This document shows, one piece after another, positions 1 to 10,144 of a DNA stretch of 64,000 nt. Made by a program: the position numbers and the translations under genes. A model generated the notes under the pieces. That model did no database searches and had not been told where the DNA came from. It was given only the letters and a program-made list of their open reading frames with translations. Numbering within the stretch: position 1 is the stretch's first letter; every line of letters starts with the position of its first letter. This DNA is from Candidatus Bathyarchaeota archaeon (GTDB lineage Archaea; Thermoproteota; Bathyarchaeia; Bathyarchaeales; Bathycorpusculaceae), in assembly GCA_963775465.1 (NCBI GenBank), contig CAVZIW010000013.1, positions 1-64,000 on the forward strand, in the 5' to 3' direction.

Positions 1-1217
1 TTCCATTGTTTTAAGGCTGAGGCCAGCTCTCGATGGTTCTTAGCATATTCTTCGAGTGGTTTGCCGTCCAATGTAGCGTCTACTGCTTGGCGCATGGCTT
101 TAGCACCGCCAACTGTACCGCCGGGGTGACCGTGAATGCCGCCACCGGCTTGCAGAATCACGTCGTTACCAAAAATGTTCAAAAGGTCTGGAACAAGACG
201 TGGATACAAACCTCCAGAAGCAACAGGCATAACAGGCTTCAAGATGCCCAACTCCGACTTGCAGGCAGCGATGTTATCTTTGACCTCCATTTTAGTTTCA
301 GACATTTTACCTACAACAGTTCCAACATGCAGTTGGTCCACACCGATAATTCTCGCCACTGTGGCAATTGGTTTCATAGCAATTCCATGCAAGGAATTTT
401 TAGTGAAAGCTGCATGCCCAGCACGATGAGCATGAATCACGAGTTTAAAGTCTTGGTTACGAAGAGTTTCAAGAGCTGACCAACCTATCGTGAGTATATC
501 AACTATAATGTATTCGCCACCTTGGGCAATAACTGATTCTGCACGCTTTAACATGAGATCGGTTTCAGCTGTAATGTTAACCATGTAGACTTTGCGTTCA
601 CCGGTCTCCGCTTGAGCTATGTCACGACTCTCAAGTGTCGCTGTCAACCGAGCCTCAAACGGGTTAAAACTTTGGCTGCTCAGGTTCTCATCATCCTTCA
701 CTACGTCGCATCCGCCCAACCATGCATCGTAGGCAACTTTGGCGTGGTCTTTTGTGTTTAACCCCAGTTTAGGCTTAATAATAGTGCCAACAAGTGGACG
801 TTTAGGCACTTTGAGGAGTTTACGGATACCTTCAATGCCAAAAGCAGGACCTTTGAAACTGTCCAAAAGATGCTGGGGCATCTGAATGTCTAGAAGGCGT
901 AGATTTTTTAGTGCTTTAAGTCCAAAAACATTACCCGCCACACTACTGAGGATATTTGGCATGTTAGAAGGCTCAAAAAGCTCAATCGGATAGGCAATCT
1001 TGATGATGTTGCCTTTTACGCTAAAAACGTGAGCAGCGAGACGCTCCATATAAGGTTGCTCTGTAGTAAGTTCGGTCCATGTACCAATAGAACTTTCCGC
1101 TGCAACGCCGCCCGCTGCTTCTTTGAGGCTAATTCCTTCAGGCTCCACATAGAAAACACAGACTAATTCGTTTTCTTTGGGAGTGTAATTTGTATTCACA
1201 AAATCAAGATACTTCAA
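1..1217 (-). CDS. rbcL: Form III ribulose-1,5-bisphosphate carboxylase; stop codon lies beyond the left window edge
   Basis: Hand translation, absent from ORF track. TTG at 1217 after GAGGA; MKYLDFVNTNY...AAESSIGTW, GTIIKPKLG, GGCDVVKDDE, IHAHRAGH, DQLHVGT, SGGL, QAGGGIHGHP. Confidence 0.95.
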   Translation of the reverse strand, partial: MKYLDFVNTNYTPKENELVCVFYVEPEGISLKEAAGGVAAESSIGTWTELTTEQPYMERLAAHVFSVKGNIIKIAYPIELFEPSNMPNILSSVAGNVFGLKALKNLRLLDIQMPQHLLDSFKGPAFGIEGIRKLLKVPKRPLVGTIIKPKLGLNTKDHAKVAYDAWLGGCDVVKDDENLSSQSFNPFEARLTATLESRDIAQAETGERKVYMVNITAETDLMLKRAESVIAQGGEYIIVDILTIGWSALETLRNQDFKLVIHAHRAGHAAFTKNSLHGIAMKPIATVARIIGVDQLHVGTVVGKMSETKMEVKDNIAACKSELGILKPVMPVASGGLYPRLVPDLLNIFGNDVILQAGGGIHGHPGGTVGGAKAMRQAVDATLDGKPLEEYAKNHRELASALKQW

Positions 1218-1301
1218 AGCAATGTCCTCGCTTGCTAGTGTCACTTTGTTTTCCTTAAAATCTTTAACTATTCCTAAAACAATCACCTATTAGGTATTCC
1301 A

Positions 1302-2846
1302 ATGGAGCTAAGTGTCGAAGTCCTAATGATAACAGCTGGCGGCATCAGAATCGCCCTCTTAAGCGAACACAGCGCCAACCAACTGGGCGTTCACAGCTCA
1401 GACAGAATAAGAATAACCTACGGCAACAAAGAACTAATCGCCATTGCCAATATAGCTGAACTTTTCCCAAAAAACCGCATCGGACTCTACAGAGAAACAG
1501 TTACCGCACTAGGCGTAAAGGAAGCTGACACAGTAAATGTCCAGCTAGCTCCATTACCGGAATCACTCTTCAACATCCGAGCCAAACTTCGCGGAGAACG
1601 CCTAAGAGAAAAAGACATCTTCGCTATAGTGCAAGACGTAGTTGAACGCCACCTAAGCACCGTTGAAATATCAGCGTTTCTCACTTCACTTAGCATCCAC
1701 GGATTAAGCACAGCTGAAACCGAAGCCCTATCAAGAGCAATGATAAAAACAGGCAAAACACTCGATTTTGCTAAAACACCAATCCTTGATAAACACAGCG
1801 TAGGCGGCATCCCCGGCGACAAAACATCAATGCTTGTAGTACCCATAGTCGCTGCAGCCGGATTCACAATCCCGAAAACCTCCTCAAGAGCAATCACCTC
1901 ACCAGCGGGAACAGCAGACCGCGTAGAAACACTCTGCCCAGTCAACCTAACCATAGACGAAATTAAAACCGTGGTAACAAAAACCAACGGGTGTCTAGTC
2001 TGGGGAGGCTCCTTAGAGCTTGCACCAGCAGACGACCTATTCATACAAGTCGAATACCCACTAGGCATCGACCCAATGCTTCTACCTTCAATTCTAAGCA
2101 AGAAAAAAGCCATCGGCGCCTCACACGTAGTAATAGACATACCAACAGGCATGGGAGCAAAAATAAAAACCAACACCGAAGCCTACACACTAGCTTCAGA
2201 CTTCGTCGACCTAGGAAAACGCTTAGGCCTAAACATTCAATGTGCAATAACATTTGGCGAGCAACCACTAGGATTCAACATAGGACCAGCCTTAGAAGCA
2301 AAAGAAGCCCTAACAACACTAATGGGAGGAGGCCCATCTGATTTGCGAGAAAAAGCAGTCAGCCTAGCAGGAATACTCTTTGAAATGGTCGGAGTAGACA
2401 ATGGACGCGTTTTAGCACAAGAAATGATTGATTCAGGCAAAGCAGAGAAAAAAATGCGTCAAATCATCGCAGCACAAGGCGGAAAATCAACCATTAAACC
2501 AGAAGAGCTACCAATTGGACCCGAATCAGCAGTCGTGCATTCAGAGCGAGCAGGCAGAGTCCTTTGGATCAGCACAAACGACATAGTACGAATCGCGCGA
2601 CAAGCAGGAGCACCCAAAGAAAAAGGCGCAGGCGTAATTCTTCATGCAAAGTTAGGAGACACAGTCCGCAAAGACGGCGCCCTACTGGAGATATATGCAG
2701 AAAAAAACAGCAAACTAACCTCCGCACTTGAACTAGCAAAACAACTAAACCCAATTGTCCTCAACAACAAACCTCAAGAAAAGATGGTTTTAGACCAGAT
2801 ACCTGGAAAAGCAACACACGAAAAAACCTTCATAATAGACAGATAA
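1302..2846 (+). CDS. AMP phosphorylase (archaeal NMP phosphorylase)
   Basis: DKHSVGGIPGDKT, KTSSRAITSPAGTAD, N-terminal extra domain; divergent from rbcL. Confidence 0.93.
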   Translation: MELSVEVLMITAGGIRIALLSEHSANQLGVHSSDRIRITYGNKELIAIANIAELFPKNRIGLYRETVTALGVKEADTVNVQLAPLPESLFNIRAKLRGERLREKDIFAIVQDVVERHLSTVEISAFLTSLSIHGLSTAETEALSRAMIKTGKTLDFAKTPILDKHSVGGIPGDKTSMLVVPIVAAAGFTIPKTSSRAITSPAGTADRVETLCPVNLTIDEIKTVVTKTNGCLVWGGSLELAPADDLFIQVEYPLGIDPMLLPSILSKKKAIGASHVVIDIPTGMGAKIKTNTEAYTLASDFVDLGKRLGLNIQCAITFGEQPLGFNIGPALEAKEALTTLMGGGPSDLREKAVSLAGILFEMVGVDNGRVLAQEMIDSGKAEKKMRQIIAAQGGKSTIKPEELPIGPESAVVHSERAGRVLWISTNDIVRIARQAGAPKEKGAGVILHAKLGDTVRKDGALLEIYAEKNSKLTSALELAKQLNPIVLNNKPQEKMVLDQIPGKATHEKTFIIDR

Positions 2847-2850
2847 CAAC

Positions 2851-3219
2851 TTAACGCGTTATGGCTCCACCGATAAAACCACCGATCACAGAAAATACTA
2901 AAACAACGACTGCAAGAACAACTGCAATCACAATTCCAGCTAAACCACCGAAAACAAAACCCAGCAAACCATGCCTAATTGTTTCAAACAAAATTATATT
3001 AAAAAACTCAAGAACTGCAAACAAAACAGTACTAAATATCCCAGATAACAAACCCGCAGTCGCACCACCGATTAATCCTCTAGCAATAAATCCCGCTACA
3101 ATACCCCCTATAAGGGCACCCAACAAATGCCCCAACCCAGGGTAGCTAAAACCTAAAATAACGGTTACAAGAAAACCAACAAGACTACCTAACCCAACGT
3201 TTGCCAATCCATGCACCAA
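2851..3219 (-). CDS. Gly-rich small membrane protein (DUF5518-like)
   Basis: Hydrophobic helices with repeated GG..AG motifs. Confidence 0.7.
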   Translation of the reverse strand: MVHGLANVGLGSLVGFLVTVILGFSYPGLGHLLGALIGGIVAGFIARGLIGGATAGLLSGIFSTVLFAVLEFFNIILFETIRHGLLGFVFGGLAGIVIAVVLAVVVLVFSVIGGFIGGAITR

Positions 3220-3257
3220 TTACTGTTGAAGTAAAAAAGGGAAAATAAAGATTTTTC

Positions 3258-3956
3258 TTAACGAGCCCTCGAACTACGAACTTTAGGTTCAAGCAAAGTC
3301 CACAGCCATGAAGTAAATTCCTGCAGATTCTTAGTCTGAAGATGCACCTCTCCAGGACCCGTAATCTGAGTAACTAACCCTTCACCGCTAAGCAAAGTTT
3401 CCTTTAACCCGCCTAACCGAGTAACTTTGTAGCTGCAAGATTCACTAAAACCTACCAGATGGAAATTGTCCACGACCAAAGTCTGCCCAGGACGCAAAGT
3501 ATGAGTATCAATGGCACCAAAAGTGTTGATAAACATCTGCCCGCTACCTGTCGCTTTAAGCATAAACAAACCTTGCCCAAAAAGACCCTTGGTGAAGCCT
3601 TCCCATTTAACATCCAAATCGATCCCTTGAGTAGAAGCAATGTACGCGGATTTCTGTATCACATAACCATTCCCGGGTGCAACATCGAGTTGCTTAATGT
3701 CACCCACGGGCGCAGCACCAAAAGCTGCCTCACCTGAACCATTAACAGCAGTGTAATCGTTAACCCAAAACGATTGCCCCCCAATTATACGTAACCCCAA
3801 ACTCCCCAAAAGGCTCTTCTCACGTTTGCGAGTATGCACCTCAATGTTAGGAGTCATATAGGTCAAGGCGCCAGATTCAGCAGTCAGCACTTCACCTTGA
3901 TCAAGGCTAGCCACTAACATACTGTAAGACGGTTTATACTTAATATCAAACTTCAA
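3258..3956 (-). CDS. AIM24/TIGR00266 family protein
   Basis: LTAESGA, VDNFHLVGF, GEGLVTQITGPGEVHLQTKN. Confidence 0.9.
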   Translation of the reverse strand: MKFDIKYKPSYSMLVASLDQGEVLTAESGALTYMTPNIEVHTRKREKSLLGSLGLRIIGGQSFWVNDYTAVNGSGEAAFGAAPVGDIKQLDVAPGNGYVIQKSAYIASTQGIDLDVKWEGFTKGLFGQGLFMLKATGSGQMFINTFGAIDTHTLRPGQTLVVDNFHLVGFSESCSYKVTRLGGLKETLLSGEGLVTQITGPGEVHLQTKNLQEFTSWLWTLLEPKVRSSRAR

Positions 3957-4052
3957 GGCTTTTTTCTCCTTTTTATTGGTAACTTATAAAAACATGATAG
4001 TACACGTTTCTTTATAAGATTTAAGAACAAGGGCTTATCCAAGGTTTAGATT

Positions 4053-4754
4053 ATGGGTAAAGTTTGGGTAATCTTAAAGAAAACATTCAGCATTGCATTA
4101 ATCTTCAATTCACTCATTTCAATAGCATGCGTTGCTGGCATCATATACGGCTACTACATGGCTTACCCCTACTGGAAACCGTATGCGCCATTTCTCCTCG
4201 ACGGCAACCTGTTTTGGCTAGCACTCGCAGCTGGAATAATCAACATCTTTCCAGGCGCCGCAATCGGCAGAGCACTACACACGGGGCGCTTCTTATTCCA
4301 CCACTATGTTTACGGATTCTTCGTGCTAGCTTCATCTTCAGCATTTGTCGCTGTGTACACACCTTTTTCAGTAGTAAACATGTTCTTCATCGATTCAAGC
4401 AGTGTTGCAGTCAACGCTGGACGCGTATTCTTCTTAGGAGGCTTAGCCTTGCTGTTAGATGACTTACCCGACGTCTCTAAACGCGTAGAGAAGATGCTAA
4501 ACTGGACAAAAACCAAAGCTTTCCAAATAAGAAAGCCACTTCACATAACCCAAATAATCACCGGGTGCTTTGCATTCTACTGCTCAATCTCCATTCTTCT
4601 CTCTACAATCCAAAACAGTGCGCGAGCTTTACCAAACTCTTTTGTCATAGTTAGCCTTTTTATCACTGGAGTAACTTCTTTTGCTCTGGTTAAACGGGGG
4701 GCTTGGCTCAGAATCACGCCGCCAGAACCTAAACCCGCAAAACTCCGTGCTTAA
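4053..4754 (+). CDS. Hypothetical multi-pass membrane protein
   Basis: 233 aa, several TM segments, FHHY and LLLDD motifs. Confidence 0.75.
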   Translation: MGKVWVILKKTFSIALIFNSLISIACVAGIIYGYYMAYPYWKPYAPFLLDGNLFWLALAAGIINIFPGAAIGRALHTGRFLFHHYVYGFFVLASSSAFVAVYTPFSVVNMFFIDSSSVAVNAGRVFFLGGLALLLDDLPDVSKRVEKMLNWTKTKAFQIRKPLHITQIITGCFAFYCSISILLSTIQNSARALPNSFVIVSLFITGVTSFALVKRGAWLRITPPEPKPAKLRA

Positions 4755-5456
4755 CGATTTCTGCCCCGACAGCTTCCAACTGCTCACAACTATATTTTCT
4801 TAATCGCCCATGGTTTTTTATGTAGCCAGACAAAAGCTCAAGTTTAAGGACAGTAACCGAAGGCTCAATTAAACGAAGTTTAGCATGCAAATTAGTTAAG
4901 ACAACGATTCCGTCCACCCAAACACCCAGTCGCTTAAGGTTTGGTGAAGAATCTAATACACTTCGAATCCTTGCAACATTCCGTTTAACCTGACGGCTGG
5001 GGTTTGAAGAAAAGTTACGTCGACTTGGCCTTTGCCACTTGTCCCCGTTGCAAACAATGGTTCCACTCCAATTCTTGGTCTCCAAAACAAAAACACCGCC
5101 AGGCGCCAAAACCACATGATCAATGCCCCCACCACCTCCCTTAAGGTATAAACCGTCAAGCAAGTAGAAATCATAACTAAGATTACGTATCAGAAGATCG
5201 CTAACCTGCTTCTCTCCTTGCCAGCCACCGCGATAAATGCGGTACTTATGCAAATAAAAATAGAAAAGCGCCAAAGGAATAAACAAAACAAAAAACAAGC
5301 CTTCCTCAAAAACACCGACCTGAAAAGTAGAAAACATCCTAAACACTAAAAAACAAATAGAGCAAAATCAAACAAAAGAAAACAAGAAATTGCCCTTGCA
5401 AGGTTCTTTCTAACCTGATTTTTAAGGTAGTTACTTGAACCCTTAATTTTTCTCAT
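4729..5456 (-). CDS. NERD-domain (nuclease-related) membrane-anchored protein, apparently frameshifted near 5348-5353
   Basis: GEKQV, IDHVVLAPGGVFVLETKNWSG, NPSRQV; upstream out-of-frame ATG 5456 ORF MRKIKGSSNYLKNQVRKNLARA looks like the N-terminus. Confidence 0.75.
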
Positions 5457-5532
5457 AAGTGGAAAATTAAGATTTGAAGCTATATTACACTATACAAACA
5501 GAAAACAAAAAAATTAGCAATAAAGAAAGGCA

Positions 5533-6960
5533 TTATTTTTTATTGGTGAGGTATTCATGCATTGCTTTGGCTGCACGTTTGCCAGCGCCCATGGCGCTGA
5601 TAACCGTTGCTGCGCCTGTTGCGACATCTCCGCCTGCATAGACGCCGTCTAAGCTGGTTTTACCGACATCATCAACGCAGATGGTTCCGTGTCTTGGGTC
5701 ACTTTGCAGACCAGCTGTGGTGCGTTGGATTATGGGGTTGGGAGTTTGCCCAATTGCTATTATTACTGTGTCAACATCCATAGTAAATTCCGAGCCAGGT
5801 ATCTTCTTAACGCCTCTTCTACCTTTAGCATCAGGCTCGCACAATTCCATTGCAATACATTTCATAGCTTTTACCCATCCTTTTTCGTCACCATAAAACT
5901 CAAGGGGCGAAGCCAAAAACTTGCAAACTAAGCCTTCTTCCTCGGCATTCTCGATTTCTTCTTGTCGTGCAGGTAACTCATCACGTGAACGTCTGTAGAG
6001 TAAGCACACATCTGAACCAAGACGCATGCTGCTTCTAGCGCAGTCCATGGCTACGTTTCCTCCACCGATGACAACCACATGTTTTCCAATACGTATCGGC
6101 GTATCGGAATCTGGAAATTGGAAAGCTTTCATGAGGTTAACTCGTATAAGGAACTCGTTAGCGGAATAGATGCCGCCGAGGTTTTCTCCCGGGCTGCCAG
6201 TGAACTGGGGTAAACCTGCACCGCTACCAATGAAAACTGCCTCATAACCGCCGTCTTTCATAAGTTCAGGGATCGTGTGGATTCTGCCTACCAGGTTTCC
6301 AAGACGCAAATCAACGCCTAGACTTTTGACATAATCCACTTCATTTTGAACAATAGCTTTAGGTAAACGAAACTCGGGAATACCATACATAAGCACTCCA
6401 CCTGCAACATGGAGAGCTTCAAACATTGTAACTTGATGACCCAACTTAACTAGGTCAGCTGCAGCTGTTAAGCCGGCAGGACCAGCACCGACAATTGCAA
6501 CCTTTTTGCCAGTCGGCGGAGCTTTCGGAGGCAGTTGAGAGCCATTTTTCCGTTCCCAATCTGCAAGAAAACGTTCCAAACGACCAATGCTTACAGGTTC
6601 ACCCATCTTGCCGATGACACATTTCTTCTGACACTGCTCTTCTTGAGGACAGACCCTACCACAAACAGCAGGCAACGCATTCTTAGATTTGATAGTGGCA
6701 ATACCTTCAGCATACTTCTTTTCTCGGATGCACTTGATGAATGCTGGAATAGGAACCTCCACTGGGCAACCTGATACACACTGCGGTTTTGGACACTGCA
6801 AACATCTGCTTGCTTCTTCTTGGGCGTCTTCTTCAGTGTAGCCCAAAGCAACTTCGCTAAAGTTTTTAGCACGTGCTTTAGGTTCTTGTTTTGCCATCTC
6901 AACTGCTTTCTTATTTAACTTAGGTTTAGGCTTTGTTTCTGCCACACTTACATCCTCCAC
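5533..6960 (-). CDS. NADPH-dependent oxidoreductase large subunit (SudA/NfnB, GltD-like); likely start GTG 6945
   Basis: RCLQCPKPQCVSGCPV, CGRVCPQEEQC, GAGPAGL, GGGNVAMD, YRRS, AGGDVATGAATV. Confidence 0.92.
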   Translation of the reverse strand: MEDVSVAETKPKPKLNKKAVEMAKQEPKARAKNFSEVALGYTEEDAQEEASRCLQCPKPQCVSGCPVEVPIPAFIKCIREKKYAEGIATIKSKNALPAVCGRVCPQEEQCQKKCVIGKMGEPVSIGRLERFLADWERKNGSQLPPKAPPTGKKVAIVGAGPAGLTAAADLVKLGHQVTMFEALHVAGGVLMYGIPEFRLPKAIVQNEVDYVKSLGVDLRLGNLVGRIHTIPELMKDGGYEAVFIGSGAGLPQFTGSPGENLGGIYSANEFLIRVNLMKAFQFPDSDTPIRIGKHVVVIGGGNVAMDCARSSMRLGSDVCLLYRRSRDELPARQEEIENAEEEGLVCKFLASPLEFYGDEKGWVKAMKCIAMELCEPDAKGRRGVKKIPGSEFTMDVDTVIIAIGQTPNPIIQRTTAGLQSDPRHGTICVDDVGKTSLDGVYAGGDVATGAATVISAMGAGKRAAKAMHEYLTNKK

Positions 6961-7771
6961 TCATTTCCCACAATAAAGAACTCAAACGTTCTTCAGGAAG
7001 CATAGTTCTTTGACGCAAAATTAACTCATCAAAGTTAGTCTTGTGACCATCAAATTCTGGACCATCCACGCAGCCAAACTTCATTTCTCCAGCAACTGTA
7101 ACACGGCAAACACCGCACATACCCATTCCATCAATCATTATCGGCGTTAAGGTTACAATCGTTGGAATGCTGTAAGGCTTTGTTAATTCACTAACATCCT
7201 TCATCAACACAACTGGACCCATGACAACGCATCGATCAAACTTTTCTTTCTTTAGCAGATCTCTTAGAAAATCTAACCCTTTGAAGCCTGTGGAACCATT
7301 ATCAGTCGCAATCATAACTGTATCACTATAGCGTTTGGCTTCTTCTTCCATCATTATGAATTCTTCACTTCTAGCACCAATAACTGTGGTAACTTCGTTA
7401 CCCGCTTGCTTCATTGCTTTAGCTTGCAACAATAGGGGTGCAATCATTACGCTTCCTCCGACACACAGAACTTTGCCAAATTTCTTAATCTCGGAAGGAT
7501 TACCAAGAGGCCCTGTTACATTATCGATTGAGTCGCCTTCGTTGAGACAACCAAGAGATTTAGTTGACTTCCCAACCTCATGGAAAGCAAAAGAAACAGT
7601 ACCTTTCTTTGTATCATAACCACAGATTGTCAATGGAATTCGTTCGCCAGTTTTTCCATGGATTACGATAACGAATTGTCCAGGCTGTGCTTTTGCCGCA
7701 ATGTCTGGAGCTTCAACTTCAAGGAGTTTAATCTTTGGAACAAGCTCAGTCTTACTTACGATGTTGTACAT
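6926..7771 (-). CDS. SudB/NfnA-like FAD/[2Fe-2S] small subunit
   Basis: PGQFVIV, GERIPLTI, GPLG, MIDGMGMCGVCRV...CVDGPEF. Confidence 0.92.
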   Translation of the reverse strand: MYNIVSKTELVPKIKLLEVEAPDIAAKAQPGQFVIVIHGKTGERIPLTICGYDTKKGTVSFAFHEVGKSTKSLGCLNEGDSIDNVTGPLGNPSEIKKFGKVLCVGGSVMIAPLLLQAKAMKQAGNEVTTVIGARSEEFIMMEEEAKRYSDTVMIATDNGSTGFKGLDFLRDLLKKEKFDRCVVMGPVVLMKDVSELTKPYSIPTIVTLTPIMIDGMGMCGVCRVTVAGEMKFGCVDGPEFDGHKTNFDELILRQRTMLPEERLSSLLWEMSGGCKCGRNKA

Positions 7772-8979
7772 TTCACGTCCTCCACATTTGTCTCACGTTT
7801 TGGTAGAGCTGATATTTTATTGTAAAAAGCATCAAGTTTAGCTTGGAATTCGCCGGCGCATCTTGGCGATTCTTCGCATAGTTCAAAGCAGTCAAGCAGA
7901 CCTTTCTTTTTGAGTACGTTAAGCATTACACCTAAGTTGCGTTCTGCCGTATCTCTGCCTTCCTGCAGTTTGCAGTCTTGGGATGAACACACAACGGCCA
8001 TTACACCATCAAACCCACTATTCAACGCATTAACAACATGCACAGGATCAAGAGATTTAAAGCAGGGAACTTCCAGCGCCAACACATTCTTTCCTTCAAA
8101 GACCTTATTCGGGTCATCCAAAGCTGAAAACTCTGACCATTGACAAACAAACGCCAAAACAGCTGGTCCTTTGCTTTGTGCTTTCAGTTGTCCAGCAGAA
8201 GTGCCGTAGCGTTTTAGAACGTTTTCGAATTCGAACCCTTTGACCTGTATAGCATGATGTGGACAAACCAATTGACAAGCTCCACAACCTACACATTTTT
8301 CTTCATTAACTTTTGGGGTCGCAAATGGCTCAAACTCAAGCGCATCATATGGACAAATGAAAATACATTTGTCACAGCCAACACATTCAAGCACATCGTA
8401 AACTGCTTTTCTAGAGAACTTTACTATCCTAACTGCATTCTTATCAAAGCCTAATTGTTTGAGAACATTACGTGCCAAAACAAGTCTGCGAGTGTTGATT
8501 TTTGTGCCTTCTTTATATCGACAGAAAGGATCTTCACATTGAACTGAAACAATGTTGTTTATCCCAGAGTTTAAGGCTTCAAAAATAAAGTCTGTCGGTA
8601 CACGACCAGCGCAAGGCAACCGCAATGCAATATAGTCGTCAACTTTTAACCCTTGCTCCTTAAGTATATCCTGGACCTCACAGGTAGAAGGAGAGTTTCC
8701 ACGACACATCAAAACAAGAGTGCTAACATTTTTGGCCTTTTCTTGCGCTTTTTTTAAGTATTCAGAAAGGTTATCGTAAGTGTAATATTGCATTTTTATC
8801 GCAGAAGATGGACAAGAACTGTAACAGATACCACAAACCTGGCAATCCTGACTGTTAACTTCCACTTTACCAGTTGAATCCGCTTTTATTGCTTCATATG
8901 GACAGATCGATTTGCAGACATAACATCGACTACATAAATCTTGATCGATTTCAACTACAGCGAGACATTTTTCACTCAT
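7756..8979 (-). CDS. Iron-sulfur protein: tandem repeat of (2x[4Fe-4S] ferredoxin + MvhD/FlpD-like domain)
   Basis: Four CxxCxxCxxxCP motifs; LPCAGRV...QCEDPFCRYKEG and FVCQWS...VPCFKSL...DGVMAVVCSSQDC. Confidence 0.85.
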   Translation of the reverse strand: MSEKCLAVVEIDQDLCSRCYVCKSICPYEAIKADSTGKVEVNSQDCQVCGICYSSCPSSAIKMQYYTYDNLSEYLKKAQEKAKNVSTLVLMCRGNSPSTCEVQDILKEQGLKVDDYIALRLPCAGRVPTDFIFEALNSGINNIVSVQCEDPFCRYKEGTKINTRRLVLARNVLKQLGFDKNAVRIVKFSRKAVYDVLECVGCDKCIFICPYDALEFEPFATPKVNEEKCVGCGACQLVCPHHAIQVKGFEFENVLKRYGTSAGQLKAQSKGPAVLAFVCQWSEFSALDDPNKVFEGKNVLALEVPCFKSLDPVHVVNALNSGFDGVMAVVCSSQDCKLQEGRDTAERNLGVMLNVLKKKGLLDCFELCEESPRCAGEFQAKLDAFYNKISALPKRETNVEDVKCTTS

Positions 8980-9086
8980 AGGTAAACCCCTTTTCACGCG
9001 TTTCCGCTGTTACCTCAAAGCTTCAGCATAAAGCTCAAGCGTTTTAAGCCATCAAAAGAGATTTAGCTTGATATAATCGTTTCTCT

Positions 9087-10019
9087 CTACTTCCGGTAAT
9101 AAGGTCGTCTAATAAAGCTATAAGCCTCAAGAGCAGCAGTTATACCTTGACCTACAGCGGTACCAACTTGCTTTATCGGTTGGTCGGTAACATCACCTGC
9201 AGCAAACACACCAGGCAAATTCGTTTCTTGACGTGTATTAACTTTAACATAACCATGCTGATCAACCTCTATCCCGCTCGCAGAAGCAATTTGACTGTTG
9301 GGCGCTTCCCCTATCTGAACAAAAACCGCGTCAACATCCAAATCCTTAGTTTGTTTAGTCACATTATCGATTAAAGTTACCGTTCTAACTTGTTTATCGC
9401 CCTTAATTTCTTGAATTTCCGTATTCCACAAGATATTAACGTTGCTCTTCGACGAGATATCAGAAACTAAACTCTCTTCAGCTCGAAAAGCCTCCCGTCT
9501 ATGAACTACATAAACCTGCGACGCTAAACCAGAAAGATAAAGTGTAGTAATACAAGCAGTGTTTCCGCCACCGACCACAAGAACCTTTTTACCCTTAAAA
9601 AAAGGACCATCGCACACCCCGCAATAACTTACACCTTTACCTTTGAATTCTGACTCACCCTTTACTCCAAGCTCCTTGTAGTGAGAACCCGTAGAATATA
9701 TAACAGCTATAGCTTGATATGAAGCGCTTGCCGTTTTAACAACCTTTAACTCACCTGCGAGGTCCAATTCATTGACAGGCTCTATGTCATGGATAGTTGC
9801 ACCAACCGTTTTAGCATGAGAAGTCATTTTTTCAGCTAGTTCGCTCCCGCTTATCTCCACAAAACCGGGATAGTTAACAACCTTTGAAGCATCGGAAATT
9901 GTACCACCAGCAAATTTTTCATCCAAAATCAAAGTCTTAAGACCACTTCGCACCGCATAAATACCAGCAGATAAACCTGCGGAGCCAGCACCGACGATTA
10001 TTACATCCCAATTCTCCAT
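9087..10019 (-). CDS. trxB: Thioredoxin reductase
   Basis: GAGSAG, SYCGVCDG, GGGNTA, HRREAFRA, GVFAAGD. Confidence 0.92.
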   Translation of the reverse strand: MENWDVIIVGAGSAGLSAGIYAVRSGLKTLILDEKFAGGTISDASKVVNYPGFVEISGSELAEKMTSHAKTVGATIHDIEPVNELDLAGELKVVKTASASYQAIAVIYSTGSHYKELGVKGESEFKGKGVSYCGVCDGPFFKGKKVLVVGGGNTACITTLYLSGLASQVYVVHRREAFRAEESLVSDISSKSNVNILWNTEIQEIKGDKQVRTVTLIDNVTKQTKDLDVDAVFVQIGEAPNSQIASASGIEVDQHGYVKVNTRQETNLPGVFAAGDVTDQPIKQVGTAVGQGITAALEAYSFIRRPYYRK

Positions 10020-10144
10020 AACTACACAACTCTTCAGAGTTCAATATTGGTTAGGCAGTTTATTTATTGTTCGCTGATTCTGAAATTCCAATAAACTGAT
10101 AAGGGCGAATCCGTTTAACTTTAAAGTGTTTTTGAGGCGTTGTA

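Noticed and set aside
33-479. Plus-strand ORFs of 148 and 97 aa
   Set aside because: Antisense shadows of rbcL
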